Origin: Octopus bimaculoides
Lineage: Eukaryota
Length of the DNA stretch: 64,000 nt
Direction of reading: 5' to 3'
Assembly (NCBI RefSeq): GCF_001194135.2
Contig: NC_068984.1
Coordinates: forward strand, 128,141,518 to 128,205,517
Positions 36,818 to 48,879 of this stretch are shown piece after piece; positions within the stretch are counted from its first letter, which is position 1, and each line of letters opens with the position of its first letter. Both the position numbers and the translations under genes were made by a program. A model generated the notes under the pieces. The model did no database searches and was not told the DNA's origin. It saw only the letters and a list, made by a program, of their open reading frames with translations.

Positions 36818-38508
36818 ATTACCCTTTTCTCATCTTCGATCTCATTGCATGTTTACATCTGACCTCTCATATATGAAATGTAACAAAAATCAGGGCTGGC
36901 TATAATTTCTAGAAAATATCTGTAGAGATAACCTGACCAAGTAATCTAGTATCACTGTATGTACCCACCTTTTTAGCACATGATACTTGAGGACTGTATA
37001 CCTCAAAATACTCCCATTTAGGATAAGGTATTACACACAGCCTAGATACAGCTCCTCCTTCTGAAATTGCTGATCATAGTTTCATCCTAATGGTTTGATC
37101 TATGTTTTTTCATTGCTTTCAGAAATTGAAAAATATTTTGCTAAAGTCAAAATGTCAGTTTTACTATAACATTAGAACAAAGAACATATTCACTGCTTTC
37201 AAAATTGTATTTTGCTTTTCTTCTTTTTTACGATTTAAAAATTTGTGGTTTAAACATTTCAAATGATTACTCCAGAATTATTGCAAATGAATAATAAAAT
37301 ACACTTTGCAATAAATAATGCAATATTGAGCCTTGTGAGTGGGTTAAGTAGAGGGAAACTAGAAGAAGCCTGATACATATATACATTATCAATACCACAT
37401 ACTTAACATACATGTGTTGTTGAAATGCTAGAAACTGCAGTTTTTCATCCAGAAGATTTCCGGATGAAAAACCACAGCTTCTGGCATTTAAACAACATAC
37501 ATACATTAACTATGTGGTACTTATAATGTTTACATCATAGAGTTGGTTCTATTGCATAATCTGAATGTGTGTGTAGGTGTACCCTTGTCTAGTTATTACA
37601 TAATGGTTGTAAATGAGTGTCACCATCATACAAGCAGTGTTGTTTGTTTCCTGTCTTCCATAAAAAAAACACGTCTGATCATGGAAATATTATCTTACCT
37701 TGCCTGGAAACAGGTGAGTGTTAGTGTGAAGAAGAGCATCCAGTTCAAGAAAAATCTGCCTCAAACATGGAAGAGTGGACATTAAATATCCAACTCATGC
37801 CAGCATTGAACATTGATGTCAAATGATGAGAGAGAGAGGGATGAGAATATTTTACATGTCACCAACACTGGTGCCTTTCACATCGTCTTTAGTGTCTACT
37901 TTTCCATGCTTCCATAGATCAGATGGAATTTGTTGTGGTAAATTTGCTACAGCTGGGATGCCTTTCCTGTCACCAACTTCCACCTGTTTCCAAGTAATGT
38001 TATATTTCCCCATAGCTGGATGTGTTTTCAGGGATAACTGGAAACTAGGAACACTGCTTGTATGATGGTGATGCTCATTTATAACCATGTGACGTTTTAA
38101 CAAAGACACACACACACACATATGGTGGATTCATTTCAGTATCCTTCCACCAAAACCACTCAAAAGGCTTTCTTTGACTCATGGGACCATGTTGTAGGAC
38201 TGAGCCCTAAACCATGTGCTTGAGAAGCAAACTTCTTAACCACACAACTATGCTTGCACATAGCCATGCCTATGCAGATTAAAACCGTTTTCTTTCAGAT
38301 TTGGAATTTTGATTAGAATTATTGCAAGGAACATATGTATTAAAATCTTTGTAAAGACCATATTTATAGTTATTTTGAAAATAAAAGAGAAACTGAAATA
38401 AGATTAAGCAGGTTTTTTTTTTTCTTGAAGTCGCATGTCCCATTTGTAATTCTATAAACTGACCCGAATCTTAAAAGACTTAATATTCTTCAGTTCATAT
38501 TTGCTTCT

Positions 38509-39323
38509 TTAAACCCTTAGCACTCAGATTACTCTGTCAAATGTAATGCTTATTTCGTCACATTGTTTTGAGCTAATAATGCATTATCTCATAGCTTCCA
38601 GACTTTTGATGATAGAATTGTTTGTTTTTAGTATGACATTGTAGGGTAAGTGTACAAGGCTGGATCTAGTTGGTTTGAATATAAAACAGGTAGAATACCT
38701 GGGCTAGATATGGCTAGTTTAAATGCTAAAGAGTTAACCATTCAGCATTCATTTTACTCTGTCAAATGTAAAGCTTATTTCTTCACATTGCTTTGAATTA
38801 ATCATGCATTATCTCATATCTTTGAGATTCTGATGTCTTTTATCTTTTATTTGTTTCACTCAGCAGACTGTGGCCATGCTGGGGCACCGTGTTGAAGAAT
38901 TTTAGTTGAATGAATCAACCCCAGTACTTATTTTTCTTCTTTTTAAATTTTGGTACTTATTCTACCAGTCTCTTTTGCAGAACCACTAAGTTATGGGGAT
39001 GTAAACACACCAACACCGATTGTCAAGCGGTGATGAGGGACAAATACAGAAACACACACACACACACATAGATTTATACATACACGATGGACTTCTTTCA
39101 GTTTCCCTCAACCAAATCGACTCACAAGGTTTTGGTTGACCCAAGACTATAGTAGAAGACACTTGCCCAGAGTGTCACACAGTGGGACAGAACCCAGAAC
39201 CATGTGGTTAGGAAGCAACAAACTTCTTATCACACAGCCACACCAGTGTGATTATTTTTAGGGTGATATTGAAGGATAGATGTGAGAGGCTGGATATGGC
39301 CAGTTTACATATTAAAGGGTTAA
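38509..39323 (+). mobile_element. Two tandem piggyBac-like MITEs sharing a TTAA at 38734-38737; the second is split by a family A SINE
   Basis: TTAA sites at 38509, 38734 and 39320, and matching internal sequence (TTACTCTGTCAAATGTAA) in both copies. Confidence 0.6.
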
Positions 39324-39504
39324 AATGGACTTGAGTGAACCTTCGTTTAAATTTGTTCTTGTTTATGAATAATTCATACTCAAATTTATAAATGTTTGAC
39401 AATTTAGGGTGAACTTTTATCATGAAACCCTTTAGAAAATAAACTAATCCAAGACTCATCAAAATAGAATAAATTTGTATCCATATAATAAAGCGAAATC
39501 GGGA

Positions 39505-40326
39505 TAGTACCTGTGCCCAGCGTCGCATTTCTAGCACTTGTGCCCGTGACATGTGTAAGGATTTTCGAGCGAGATCGTTGCCAGTGCCCCTGGACTGGCT
39601 CTTGTGCGAGTGGCACATAAAATACACCATTTTGAGCGTGGCCGTTGCCAGTACCGCCTGACTGGCCTTCGTAGGATTTTCGAGCGAGATTGTTGCCAGT
39701 GCCCCTGGACTGGCTTTTGTGTGGGTGGCACATAAAATACACCATTTTGAGCATGGCCGTTGCCAGTACCACCTGACTGGCCTTCGTAGGATTTTCGAGC
39801 GAGATCGTTGCCAGTGCCCCTGGACTGGCTNNNNNNNNNNNNNNNNNNNNNNNNNNNNNNNNNNNNNNNNNNNNNNNNNNNNNNNNNNNNNNNNNNNNNN
39901 NNNNNNNNNNNNNNNNNNNNNNNNNNNNNNNNNNNNNNNNNNNNNNNNNNNNNNNNNNNNNNNNNNNNNNNNNNNNNNNNNNNNNNNNNNATTTCTAGCA
40001 CTTGTGCCCGTGACATGTGTAAGGATTTTCGAGCGAGATCGTTGCCAGTGCCCCTGGACTGGCTCTTGTGCGAGTGGCACATAAAATACACCATTTTGAG
40101 CGTGGCCGTTGCCAGTACCGCCTGACTGGCCTTCGTACGGGTGACACGTAAAAGCACCCACTACACTCTCTGAGTGGTTGGCGTTAGGAAGGGCATCCAG
40201 CTGTAGAAACTCTGCCAAATCAGATTGGAGCCTGGTGTTGCCATCCAGTTTCACCAGTCCTCAGTCAAATTGTCCAACCCATGCTAGCATGGAAAGCGGA
40301 CGTTAAACGATGATGATGATGATGAT
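39505..40326 (+). mobile_element. RTE-LINE 3' UTR with a 115-bp tandem repeat and (GAT)n tail, spanning an N gap
   Basis: The unit AGGATTTTCGAGCGAGAT.. starts at 39558, 39673 and 39788. The same unit follows the RTE ORF stop at about 41040. Confidence 0.8.
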
Positions 40327-40849
40327 AATACTCCATTCTCAGATGTGTAATTCAATAAAGTCAATCATGGCAGATTTTCTTCTTTTTTTTTATTTAAATC
40401 ATTTTTTGAGAATGAGATGTTACACGAACATATGACCATTGACAAAATAGATTGCTGGATCTAATGGCAAGAATTCTATAGCAGAATGAGTTCTCTTTAT
40501 CTCAATTTTGCTTTTGTTTTTTTTTTTCGATTTGGTCTGAAGAAAGGAGCTATGATTATGTATAACTTGGCAGACTTTTGAGAACTGAGGAGTTGAATTG
40601 GTTAAAAAGATAACCGTACAGTTCAAGGAAGGTATTAAGGAGCCAAGCCATTTGACATTTTGTTAAAGATGGTGTCACTAGGTAATTTCTGTCTGTCATT
40701 ATATTGTCACACCACATCTTGTGCATTTCATATACATCTCTCCTGTGATTATTGCTAGAGTTGATGAGTACTGGAAAAGACCTAATAAAACCAATACCTG
40801 TTTGAAAGGGTTGTCTTCACTTTAACTTGACAAGATTTTATTAACATTA

Positions 40850-41140
40850 ATGAGGATAGCTGCGTGAAAAAGTGCCACACCCTAACAGTTGAGGGAACCC
40901 GTGGAAGAGGTAGGCCCAGGAACCTGGGCTGAGGTAGTGAGGCAAGACCTTCGTACATTGGGCCTCACCGAGGCGATGACTACTGACCGAGACCTTTGGA
41001 AATGTGTTGTGCGTGAGAAGACCCGGCAAGCCAAGTAAGATCGTTGCCAGTGCCCCTGGACTGGCTCTTGTGCAGGTGGCACATGAGATGCACCATTTTG
41101 AGCGTGGCCGTTGCCAGTACCGCCTGACTGGCTCCCGTAG
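40850..41140 (+). mobile_element. RTE-clade LINE, ORF2 C-terminus and start of the 3' UTR
   Basis: Reads EDSCVKKCHTLTVEGTRGRGRP, then after a frameshift TWAEVVRQDLRTLGLTEAMTTDRDLWKCVVREKTRQAK*. Confidence 0.85.
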
Positions 41141-41695
41141 NNNNNNNNNNNNNNNNNNNNNNNNNNNNNNNNNNNNNNNNNNNNNNNNNNNNNNNNNNNN
41201 NNNNNNNNNNNNNNNNNNNNNNNNNNNNNNNNNNNNNNNNNNNNNNNNNNNNNNNNNNNNNNNNNNNNNNNNNNNNNNNNNNNNNNNNNNNNNNNNNNNN
41301 NNNNNNNNNNNNNNNNNNNNNNNNNNNNNNNNNNNNNNNNNNNNNNNNNNNNNNNNNNNNNNNNNNNNNNNNNNNNNNNNNNNNNNNNNNNNNNNNNNNN
41401 NNNNNNNNNNNNNNNNNNNNNNNNNNNNNNNNNNNNNNNNNNNNNNNNNNNNNNNNNNNNNNNNNNNNNNNNNNNNNNNNNNNNNNNNNNNNNNNNNNNN
41501 NNNNNNNNNNNNNNNNNNNNNNNNNNNNNNNNNNNNNNNNNNNNNNNNNNNNNNNNNNNNNNNNNNNNNNNNNNNNNNNNNNNNNNNNNNNNNNNNNNNN
41601 NNNNNNNNNNNNNNNNNNNNNNNNNNNNNNNNNNNNNNNNNNNNNNNNNNNNNNNNNNNNNNNNNNNNNNNNNNNNNNNNNNNNNNNNNNNNNNN

Positions 41696-42006
41696 GTGTT
41701 GTGAGTGTTTATTGAGCGAAAACACCTAAAGCTCCACGAGGCTCCGGCAGGGGATGGTGGCAAACCCTGCTGTACTCTTTCACCACAACTCTCTCTTACT
41801 TCCTGTTTCTGTTGTGCCTGTAATTCAAAGGGCCAGCCTTGTCACACTGTGCCATGCTTAATATCCCCGAGAACTACGTTAAGGGTACACGTGACTGTGG
41901 AGTGCTCAGCCACTTGCACATTAATTTCACGAGCAGGCTGTTCTGTTGATCGGATCAACTGGAACCCTCGACGTCGTAAGCGATGGAGTGCCAACAGCAA
42001 CAACAA
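41696..42006 (+). mobile_element. tRNA-derived SINE, head lost in the gap
   Basis: Matches the 33485 and 52467 copies. Confidence 0.85.
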
Positions 42007-42372
42007 CATTATTTTTACACTCACTCAACTATTACTTTGTGTGGATAGTGTCCCTAACTAATTTGTCTCAATCATTTTTGGAAAATAACTTCACTGATGT
42101 TGTAATTAAAAAGATTGATCGTATCATCTGGTGCACTGTGGACATGTAAAGAACCTTGTATTTGAATTACTCTAAAGTTCTAAATTCATCTTCAACCTCT
42201 CCTATTTGAGTAAACTGTATTCCAATATTTTGTAAGGTTTTCAATTTCTTCAGTCAGGTTGGGGGTGTCTGAAACGACCACAATTGCACTCTCTCATCCT
42301 ACCCTGACTAATTAATGATTTTAAAAAGTTCATACTTCGATAATAATTTTTTTTTTTTTTTGTTTTTTTCAG

Positions 42373-42432
42373 AGCCCAAGTTTCCGACATGCACCCAAGC
42401 TGAAATTTTCTACAGATCATTCTGAACTGTAA
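42373..42432 (+). CDS. SMIM29: SMIM29/C3orf18-like probable last coding exon (SPSFRHAPKLKFSTDHSEL*)
   Basis: Very strong poly-T acceptor in phase 0, matching exon 3. PKLKFSTD resembles the recalled C3orf18 C-terminal RLVFTD. It is followed by about 2 kb of repeat-poor sequence that looks like 3' UTR. Confidence 0.7.
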   Translation, partial: SPSFRHAPKLKFSTDHSEL

Positions 42433-45400
42433 GAATATTTCCCTCTGGAAGCTTATTGTCTTACAAATCCAGAATTATCAACTTCCTTCCTCTGTTGTGT
42501 CAGCTCAAGTATTCTCCAGTATGTCTTCTGCTTTTGGCATCATTCTCCAGCACAATATTGTTGACAAAAGTTCATTCTCTGAAAAGGAAATAGAGAGAAA
42601 AAGAGGACATATAAACATGTTATAACCATTTTTGTTAACAAAAGTTAATGTTTTGTTGTTTTTTGTTATTATATTCATTTGTTAATTTTTTGTTCTGAAT
42701 TTGTTTATAGAGATATCATCACCAGCACTCTTTTCTTTTTCTCTCTCTCTCTCTCTCAAAATATTTGGATAAATTTCTTCAAAACAATAAGCAAGATGTC
42801 TATATCTAGATAATTGTTTTTCTAACACCTATTTTATCAAGTTAATTTCTGTTGGATAATTCAGCATAATTCAGAATTTTGAAGGTAATGAAGCATTTCA
42901 AGGTATTTTGTTTTCCTTGTTTCATACTTGAGCTTTAATTGACAAATACAAAGATTATTATAAACCCTGTATGAATGGATCTTTGAGGGAAATCAATGTA
43001 TTGCTATTCTAACTATTCTTAACAAAACTGAAGTTTCAAAAATATAATTATTCAATGTATTTTTCTCAAAAAATTTGTTTTTTAATATATTTAGATCTAT
43101 CTCTGGTGTTTAAAACCCATAATGAGCTGCTGAGGTTTTCATGTAGCTGCTTGTTTCTATCTTATTTGTTATTTGACTAAGCTTCTTTTGAAAAGTCCAA
43201 AGTTGCATCCTCAAGGTTAATCAAAGAAAAGACTCAAGTTTTGTATTCAAAGACAACCAACTTGTTATATTTTACCAATATCCAACAAGAACTCTTCTCC
43301 AAGTCTTCTTGAAACTTTGTCTCCCTGTAGTATTTAGAATGTTTCTTGATAACATCTTTTAGTCCATATGTTTGCATCCCTTGCTTTTATCATGCATATC
43401 TCTAGACACTTACCATCTATACTTTTTAAACTTGCCAACAATTTCAGTTAGGATATACTTCTTTTTGATTCCCTCAATCTTATCTATTTAGTAAGTCTGA
43501 ACATGAAATACATATATATATATATATATTTTTTAACTCTATAACACTTTTATACCAATAATGGTGGAATTGTTTCCAAATGACAAACCTTCCAGTTTTC
43601 TCTCTTGCAATGTTTCAGTGCTGAAGATAACCTTTTAAAATCTAGTCTTTTGTTTTTTGTGTTATTTATCCCAAGTGTATCACAAACACTTAATTTTTCT
43701 TGTTTTAAATCATCATTAAAATGCATATTTTGTTAATTAATTACTATTTTTAAGAAAATGACAGAATATTTACCAAAAATTCTAGTATGTATATTTCTCC
43801 ATTTTCAATTAGAAAATGGTATTTGTTAATACAAATATTCTAGGCACTTCTGCACATGTGTCAGTGCTGTGTTGCTGTTTCAAGTGCAGTTTCCGTAACT
43901 CTTAAATTTGGGTTCTCTCTTTTGCCCACACAAAAACACATGTGAACATGTAAACACATGTATACACTTACACACTTCTACATGGTCAAGCTTATAACTC
44001 CAGTCCACCCATGACCATATTTCTAAGTGCCTAATCCAATGTTTTGCTCAATATTTGTTGCTGGTTTTTAAAATTGGAGGCAACCCCAATGTTGCTAAAA
44101 ATTCTCCTTATTTCCTCTTCTAGCTTTATAATATCTGATCCTTGCTTTAAATCAATTGACCATTTTTACCTTCTCTCCTCCCTTATTACATCATGTGGCT
44201 ACAGTGACCTTGCTACTTCCCACTCTCAATACTCAGTAATATTGCTGATGATCATACAATTGTTGTAATAGTTTGGGCTTGGTAACAGACCTTTACAGTT
44301 CATATAATGTTGTGACCATGATACTGGCCTCTAATTCCTATGAAATAAGAATCATACTTTGATAAATGTGACCATTCAATCAATGTTTCTTCTTTGTCTA
44401 AATATATTTCCATTATGACTCCACCATTGCATGACTTTTTTGAGTGATCTTTGACTTCAGTCTTTTAAAGAATATGAATTCTGATATCCTTTGACCCACT
44501 TCATTAACAATATTTACTCTAATTAAGACAGCTGACAGAATTATCTGTATGTCAGACAAATTTCTACCAGCTTAACATTGAAATTCCACCATGGTTGACT
44601 TTGCCTTTCATCCTTTTGGGTCAATGAAATAAGAGCCAGTTGAGCTCTGGAGTTGATATGATCAACTAGTCTCCTCTCCTCAAAATATCAGGCCTTGTGC
44701 CTAAAAATATTTACTCTCATTTCTCTAACCTTCAGACATTTGTATCATCTAAGAACTACTAACAGATGGGGGTTAAATCAAAATAATTATTTACTTCATT
44801 AGTGTTACAAAAATATGAATTAATATATAAAGTATTGTGCCCCATTTTATTCTTGAAGTGCAACATGAATAGCAGAAAATATAATGTAAATGGAAATTGG
44901 TTTAGGAGTAGCAACCTAAATATATGTGTACATAAGTGGAGTGAGGAGCTTTATTATTATTATTAGAGTAGGCATAATGGCTGAAAATGTATATCATGGA
45001 GGTTAGCTGGATGGAATGGTACACAATGTAAGATATGTGAATGAATATTTTACATTGCTATGTTAAACTTGGCTGATCATGAATAACAATCATAATGGTG
45101 GTAACAGACAATTAGCTAATGACATCAACAACTACCAATATTAAACGATTTATATATTTTAATGCGGTTGTGTAATATTGGTCACGTTTAAAAATGTTAC
45201 TAAAATTATAAAATTATCATTACAGCAGCTTGTTCTTCTCTTGACAAAATTGAGATTATATTTAGTTGAATTTGAAACGAATATTTCATGTGTGTGTGTA
45301 TGTGATTAAATAGATAGATGCATACACATTAAACGTAAAATAGTTATCCAAATTCCTATGGATATCTTTTCTTCTTCTTCTTCTTCTTCTTCTTCTGGTA

Positions 45401-46884
45401 GTCTTATATAAGAACATAATTCGCTAGAACTTCGGAAATCTTCCTTTGAATGACAGAGAAATCTCCCTTTAATCACATCCTATCAAGTGATTTGAGGAAG
45501 ACTTCTCTACAGTTTCTTGCAAGTCAAGTGACAACATAAAGGCTTTCACATTGGCTCAGTGCTATTTAGTTTTTCGATATAGAAGTCAATATATTCTACA
45601 TAATTTATTATCAAGATATACATCTTGGTATCTAATATGTCTTAAATGCAATTAGATTTGGAATTTTTAGTCTTGTCTTTTTTTTTTTTTAGTGAAATAT
45701 CTAGTTTTTTTTAAATTAGATCTGAAGAAGACCTGTTGGTGCAAATATTTTTTCAAGTTTTAGTTGCATTCATGTGTTGTTTTCTTTTTAAATTTGTTTT
45801 CAATTAATTCTTAATTGATTAATCTGTGTATGTGCACATTTGGTAGGACATGATAACATTATGCAACTATCATTGGTGAATTTAAAAGCAAAGTTCAAGT
45901 CATTTCGGATAAGCATAAAATGTAGTACACACACAACTGTGTGGCAGAGAAGTTTACTTTACAAATATAAAAAAAAACACATCTCAAAGCTTAACTCTTT
46001 AGCATTTAATCCAGCCATATCTGGCCCAAATATTCTACTTGTTTTATGTTGAAACTGACTAGCGCCAACCTCTAACACCTATCCAACATTTGTCGTTCTA
46101 AACATAAGGTCTGAAAGCTACAAGATAATGCATGATTAATTCAAAATGATATAAATAAGTAGTGCTGAAAGATTAAAGGCTTTCAAGAACATGAGGCCCC
46201 AGGACCCAGGCCAAACTATTGAAAAACTCTGTGAATACTTTAGACAAAATGGAATGGTTGCTAAAATTTGGCATACCTTAGGATTAAATAGTTGGTCTTC
46301 TATAAAAGAGATCTTCGGTCTCAGAATTACAGATTGTTTGAAGCATAAAGTAAAAAGTCCTAATCCTTCATGAACTTTGGAAACATAATCTACCCGCAAA
46401 GCATTTTTTTTTTAAATATAAAGAAAGACGATATGTATCAGTTATATATTAAATGCTAATAAAACCAATTGAAAGAGAAGTAGCATGGCTTATATACACA
46501 GCAATTACTAGTTTGCTTTATAAATCATTAGCAATTGTTTGCAAATGTTTTACATATACATATATAAAAATATTAATGTGCATATATTCTCAGGTCAAAT
46601 AATCCAGTATTACACACTTGAATATATGAATGTTTCACTCTATATGTAAAACATTACTTTCATGTAAATTTAACTAGAGAACAAAGTTGTGTTGGGTTCA
46701 AATTAAATCATTGTCTCCTGTTTGATTCATCAATGAATGAAAAGTAATTTTAGTTGATTAGTATCTGTTCTTTTCAAATGTTAGTATTGTATACTAGTCG
46801 CTTGATGACACCAATCGTTAGCTACAGTTAATTTGCTAATTTTTTCTCATTTTCTTCCTTATTAATATTCTGTTATGTATATAA

Positions 46885-47145
46885 TATATATGTGTATATT
46901 TATATATACATGTGTATATATATATATATATATGTGTGTGTGTATATGTATATACATGTATGTATGTGTGTATATGTATATACATGTATGTATGTACATG
47001 TATATATGCATATATATATGTACGTATATGTATATACATATATGTATGTGTATGTATGTATATATGCATATATATATGTGTGTGTATATGTATATACATG
47101 TTTGTATGTGTGTATATGTATATACATGTTTGTATGTATGTATAG
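46885..47145. repeat. Compound (TA)/(TG)/(TATG) microsatellite
   Basis: Read directly from the sequence; it explains the overlapping low-complexity ORFs. Confidence 0.95.
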
Positions 47146-47312
47146 CCACTATACTTTTTCTATTTTCTCTCCCTGTTTATTTCTGTGTTCCTTTCTGTCA
47201 AAGAGTGTAGGCTTGAAGCATAAAAGACTTTCTCACTTCCCGAGTGTTAAACTAATACATCCGTTTGTTGTTTACACACCCGTCTTCATCTTTAGTTTTA
47301 TTGTAAATTCTC

Positions 47313-47354
<42 letters not shown>

Positions 47355-47511
47355 CACACACACAAATGTGTATGTATGCGTGTATGAATATATTTGTATA
47401 TGTATATATACGTGTGTGTGTAATTATTTTTGCTTAGAGCCAAAACAATGCAAGTTATAAAAATTGGACATTAAATGATGATGAGGTCGATGGCTTGTAG
47501 TTTCACCTGAT

Positions 47512-47552
47512 ATTTCAATGTTTCAGAGTTAGGATCACTTCTTCGGGAAATC
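47512..47552 (-). ncRNA. Decayed minimal hammerhead motif with CCGAAGA core
   Basis: Reads GATTTC CCGAAGA AGT GATCCTA ACT CT GAAAC ATT GAAAT. Stem I is ATTTC/GAAAT, and GAAACATT is consistent with CpG decay of GAAACGTT. Confidence 0.45.
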
Positions 47553-48879
47553 TTCAGAGACATGATGCTGTGAAGAAATGGTCCTAACTCCAAAATATTC
47601 AAATAGCAGGTGAAAGTACAAACCACTAACCTGTCTTTTTAATTTTTTATAACTTACATTGTTTTGACTTGAAACAAAATTATTTAAAAATACACACACA
47701 CACACATACACTAAACATATTTATTCATTTAATGTCTATTTTATCCGTGTTAGCATGGGTTGGATGGAGACAATTTGAGGCAGCATTTTATATGGTCAGA
47801 TGCCTTTCCTGATACTAACCCTTACCTATTAGGTAAGGATTTTTATTCAGCTGGCCTTCAAAAGCACAAAGCTACAGTCATACCAACATTTTCCACACAC
47901 ACACACATATGATGGGCTTCCAAACAGTTTCTCTTTCCTAGTTCCACAAGGGTTAGCCTGGGATTATATTAGCAGACACTTGCTAGCTAGCTGTTCAACC
48001 ACTTAAGTAACTCTTAAGTCTTCTTTTTAAGTTGTAGACTATTGCAAATATAATTTGCATGATTTTTAAATTTTATTTTAAAGCATCTTATACATTCATT
48101 GTTATAGATTTTAAAATGTATGAGAAAGTATGTCATACATTTATCCTCATAGATTTAAAAAGCCAATTGGCTTTTGTATGGCTCGCCTCATTCCACACTT
48201 TTGTGAAATTTTTTGTGTGACCATTGATAATAATAACACCTTGTGTGTTTGTCTCACCACATACCTTCTCTCATAACCTAGAATACTGGCTTGCAAAAAT
48301 CAAACACAGCTAAGTTAAAGTGAAGTGAATTTTCCTTTATTATTTCCCTCTTTGTGGAAGTTCATCTCATTTTTGCATGCAGTAACATTTGATCCTCAAA
48401 TGAAATAGCTCAAAATTATTGCTTATCTCTGATGACCCCATACACTTGCTGGCTCCCGGTATGCAGAGTTCTCGACTGGTAGCACTTGCATGTGCGAGTT
48501 GTTTGCAAGACATGTTCTATTCTTCTTCTTACCATCATGTAGCTATGTGTTTGCTACAGCCAAATTGGTGATAGCTTTATCTGTGTGTAATCATATTTTT
48601 GTTTTATAATGGGTTAGACATTTGTACCACTATTGATAATATTTTACATTCTTCTTTAGCATATCTGTTTTTCCTTGGTTTTGAATATTTTAGCTTTGAA
48701 AGATTGATAAAGCTATATTAGATCTATTACCACCACCCCTACTCTAATCATGATTAACAAACAAAAAAAAACAATAATTTGAAATATTTCAACATAAATT
48801 TTTGTTTCATTTTCTTATTTCTCCATTTATATATGGTAGTTGCCATAGTGCAATCTTTGTATTGGCTATTATGATACCT

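Larger units (their letters stand above)
35094..36933. repeat. Long inverted repeat (arms 35094-35429 and 36601-36933) of Penelope-like type, each arm with a hammerhead relic; spacer holds three SINEs
   Basis: The arms align as reverse complements over about 335 bp. An inner hairpin lies at 35841-35878 / 35904-35941. Confidence 0.85.

Noticed and set aside
37123-37270. Acceptor CATTGCTTTCAG followed by a short open frame
   Set aside because: It is AT-rich with no recognisable similarity or donor; the exon at 42373 has a stronger acceptor and a family-like motif.
39558-39830. Regularly spaced hairpin repeats resembling a CRISPR array
   Set aside because: The spacers are themselves repeated, there are no cas genes, the context is eukaryotic, and the unit follows an RTE ORF stop elsewhere.
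39991-40135. Exact repeat of about 39529-39670 after the gap, suggesting a higher-order repeat
   Set aside because: Duplicated sequence on both sides of an N gap is a common scaffolding artefact and cannot be trusted without long reads.
45715-45760. CTGAAGAAGACC-TGTT-GGTGCAAA hammerhead-like string
   Set aside because: GAAA is absent and stem I does not pair.
46836-47443. Stack of overlapping Y/I/H/M/C/V-rich ORFs
   Set aside because: They are translations of TA/CA/TG microsatellites, as are those at about 9.8, 16, 17.1 and 18.1 kb.
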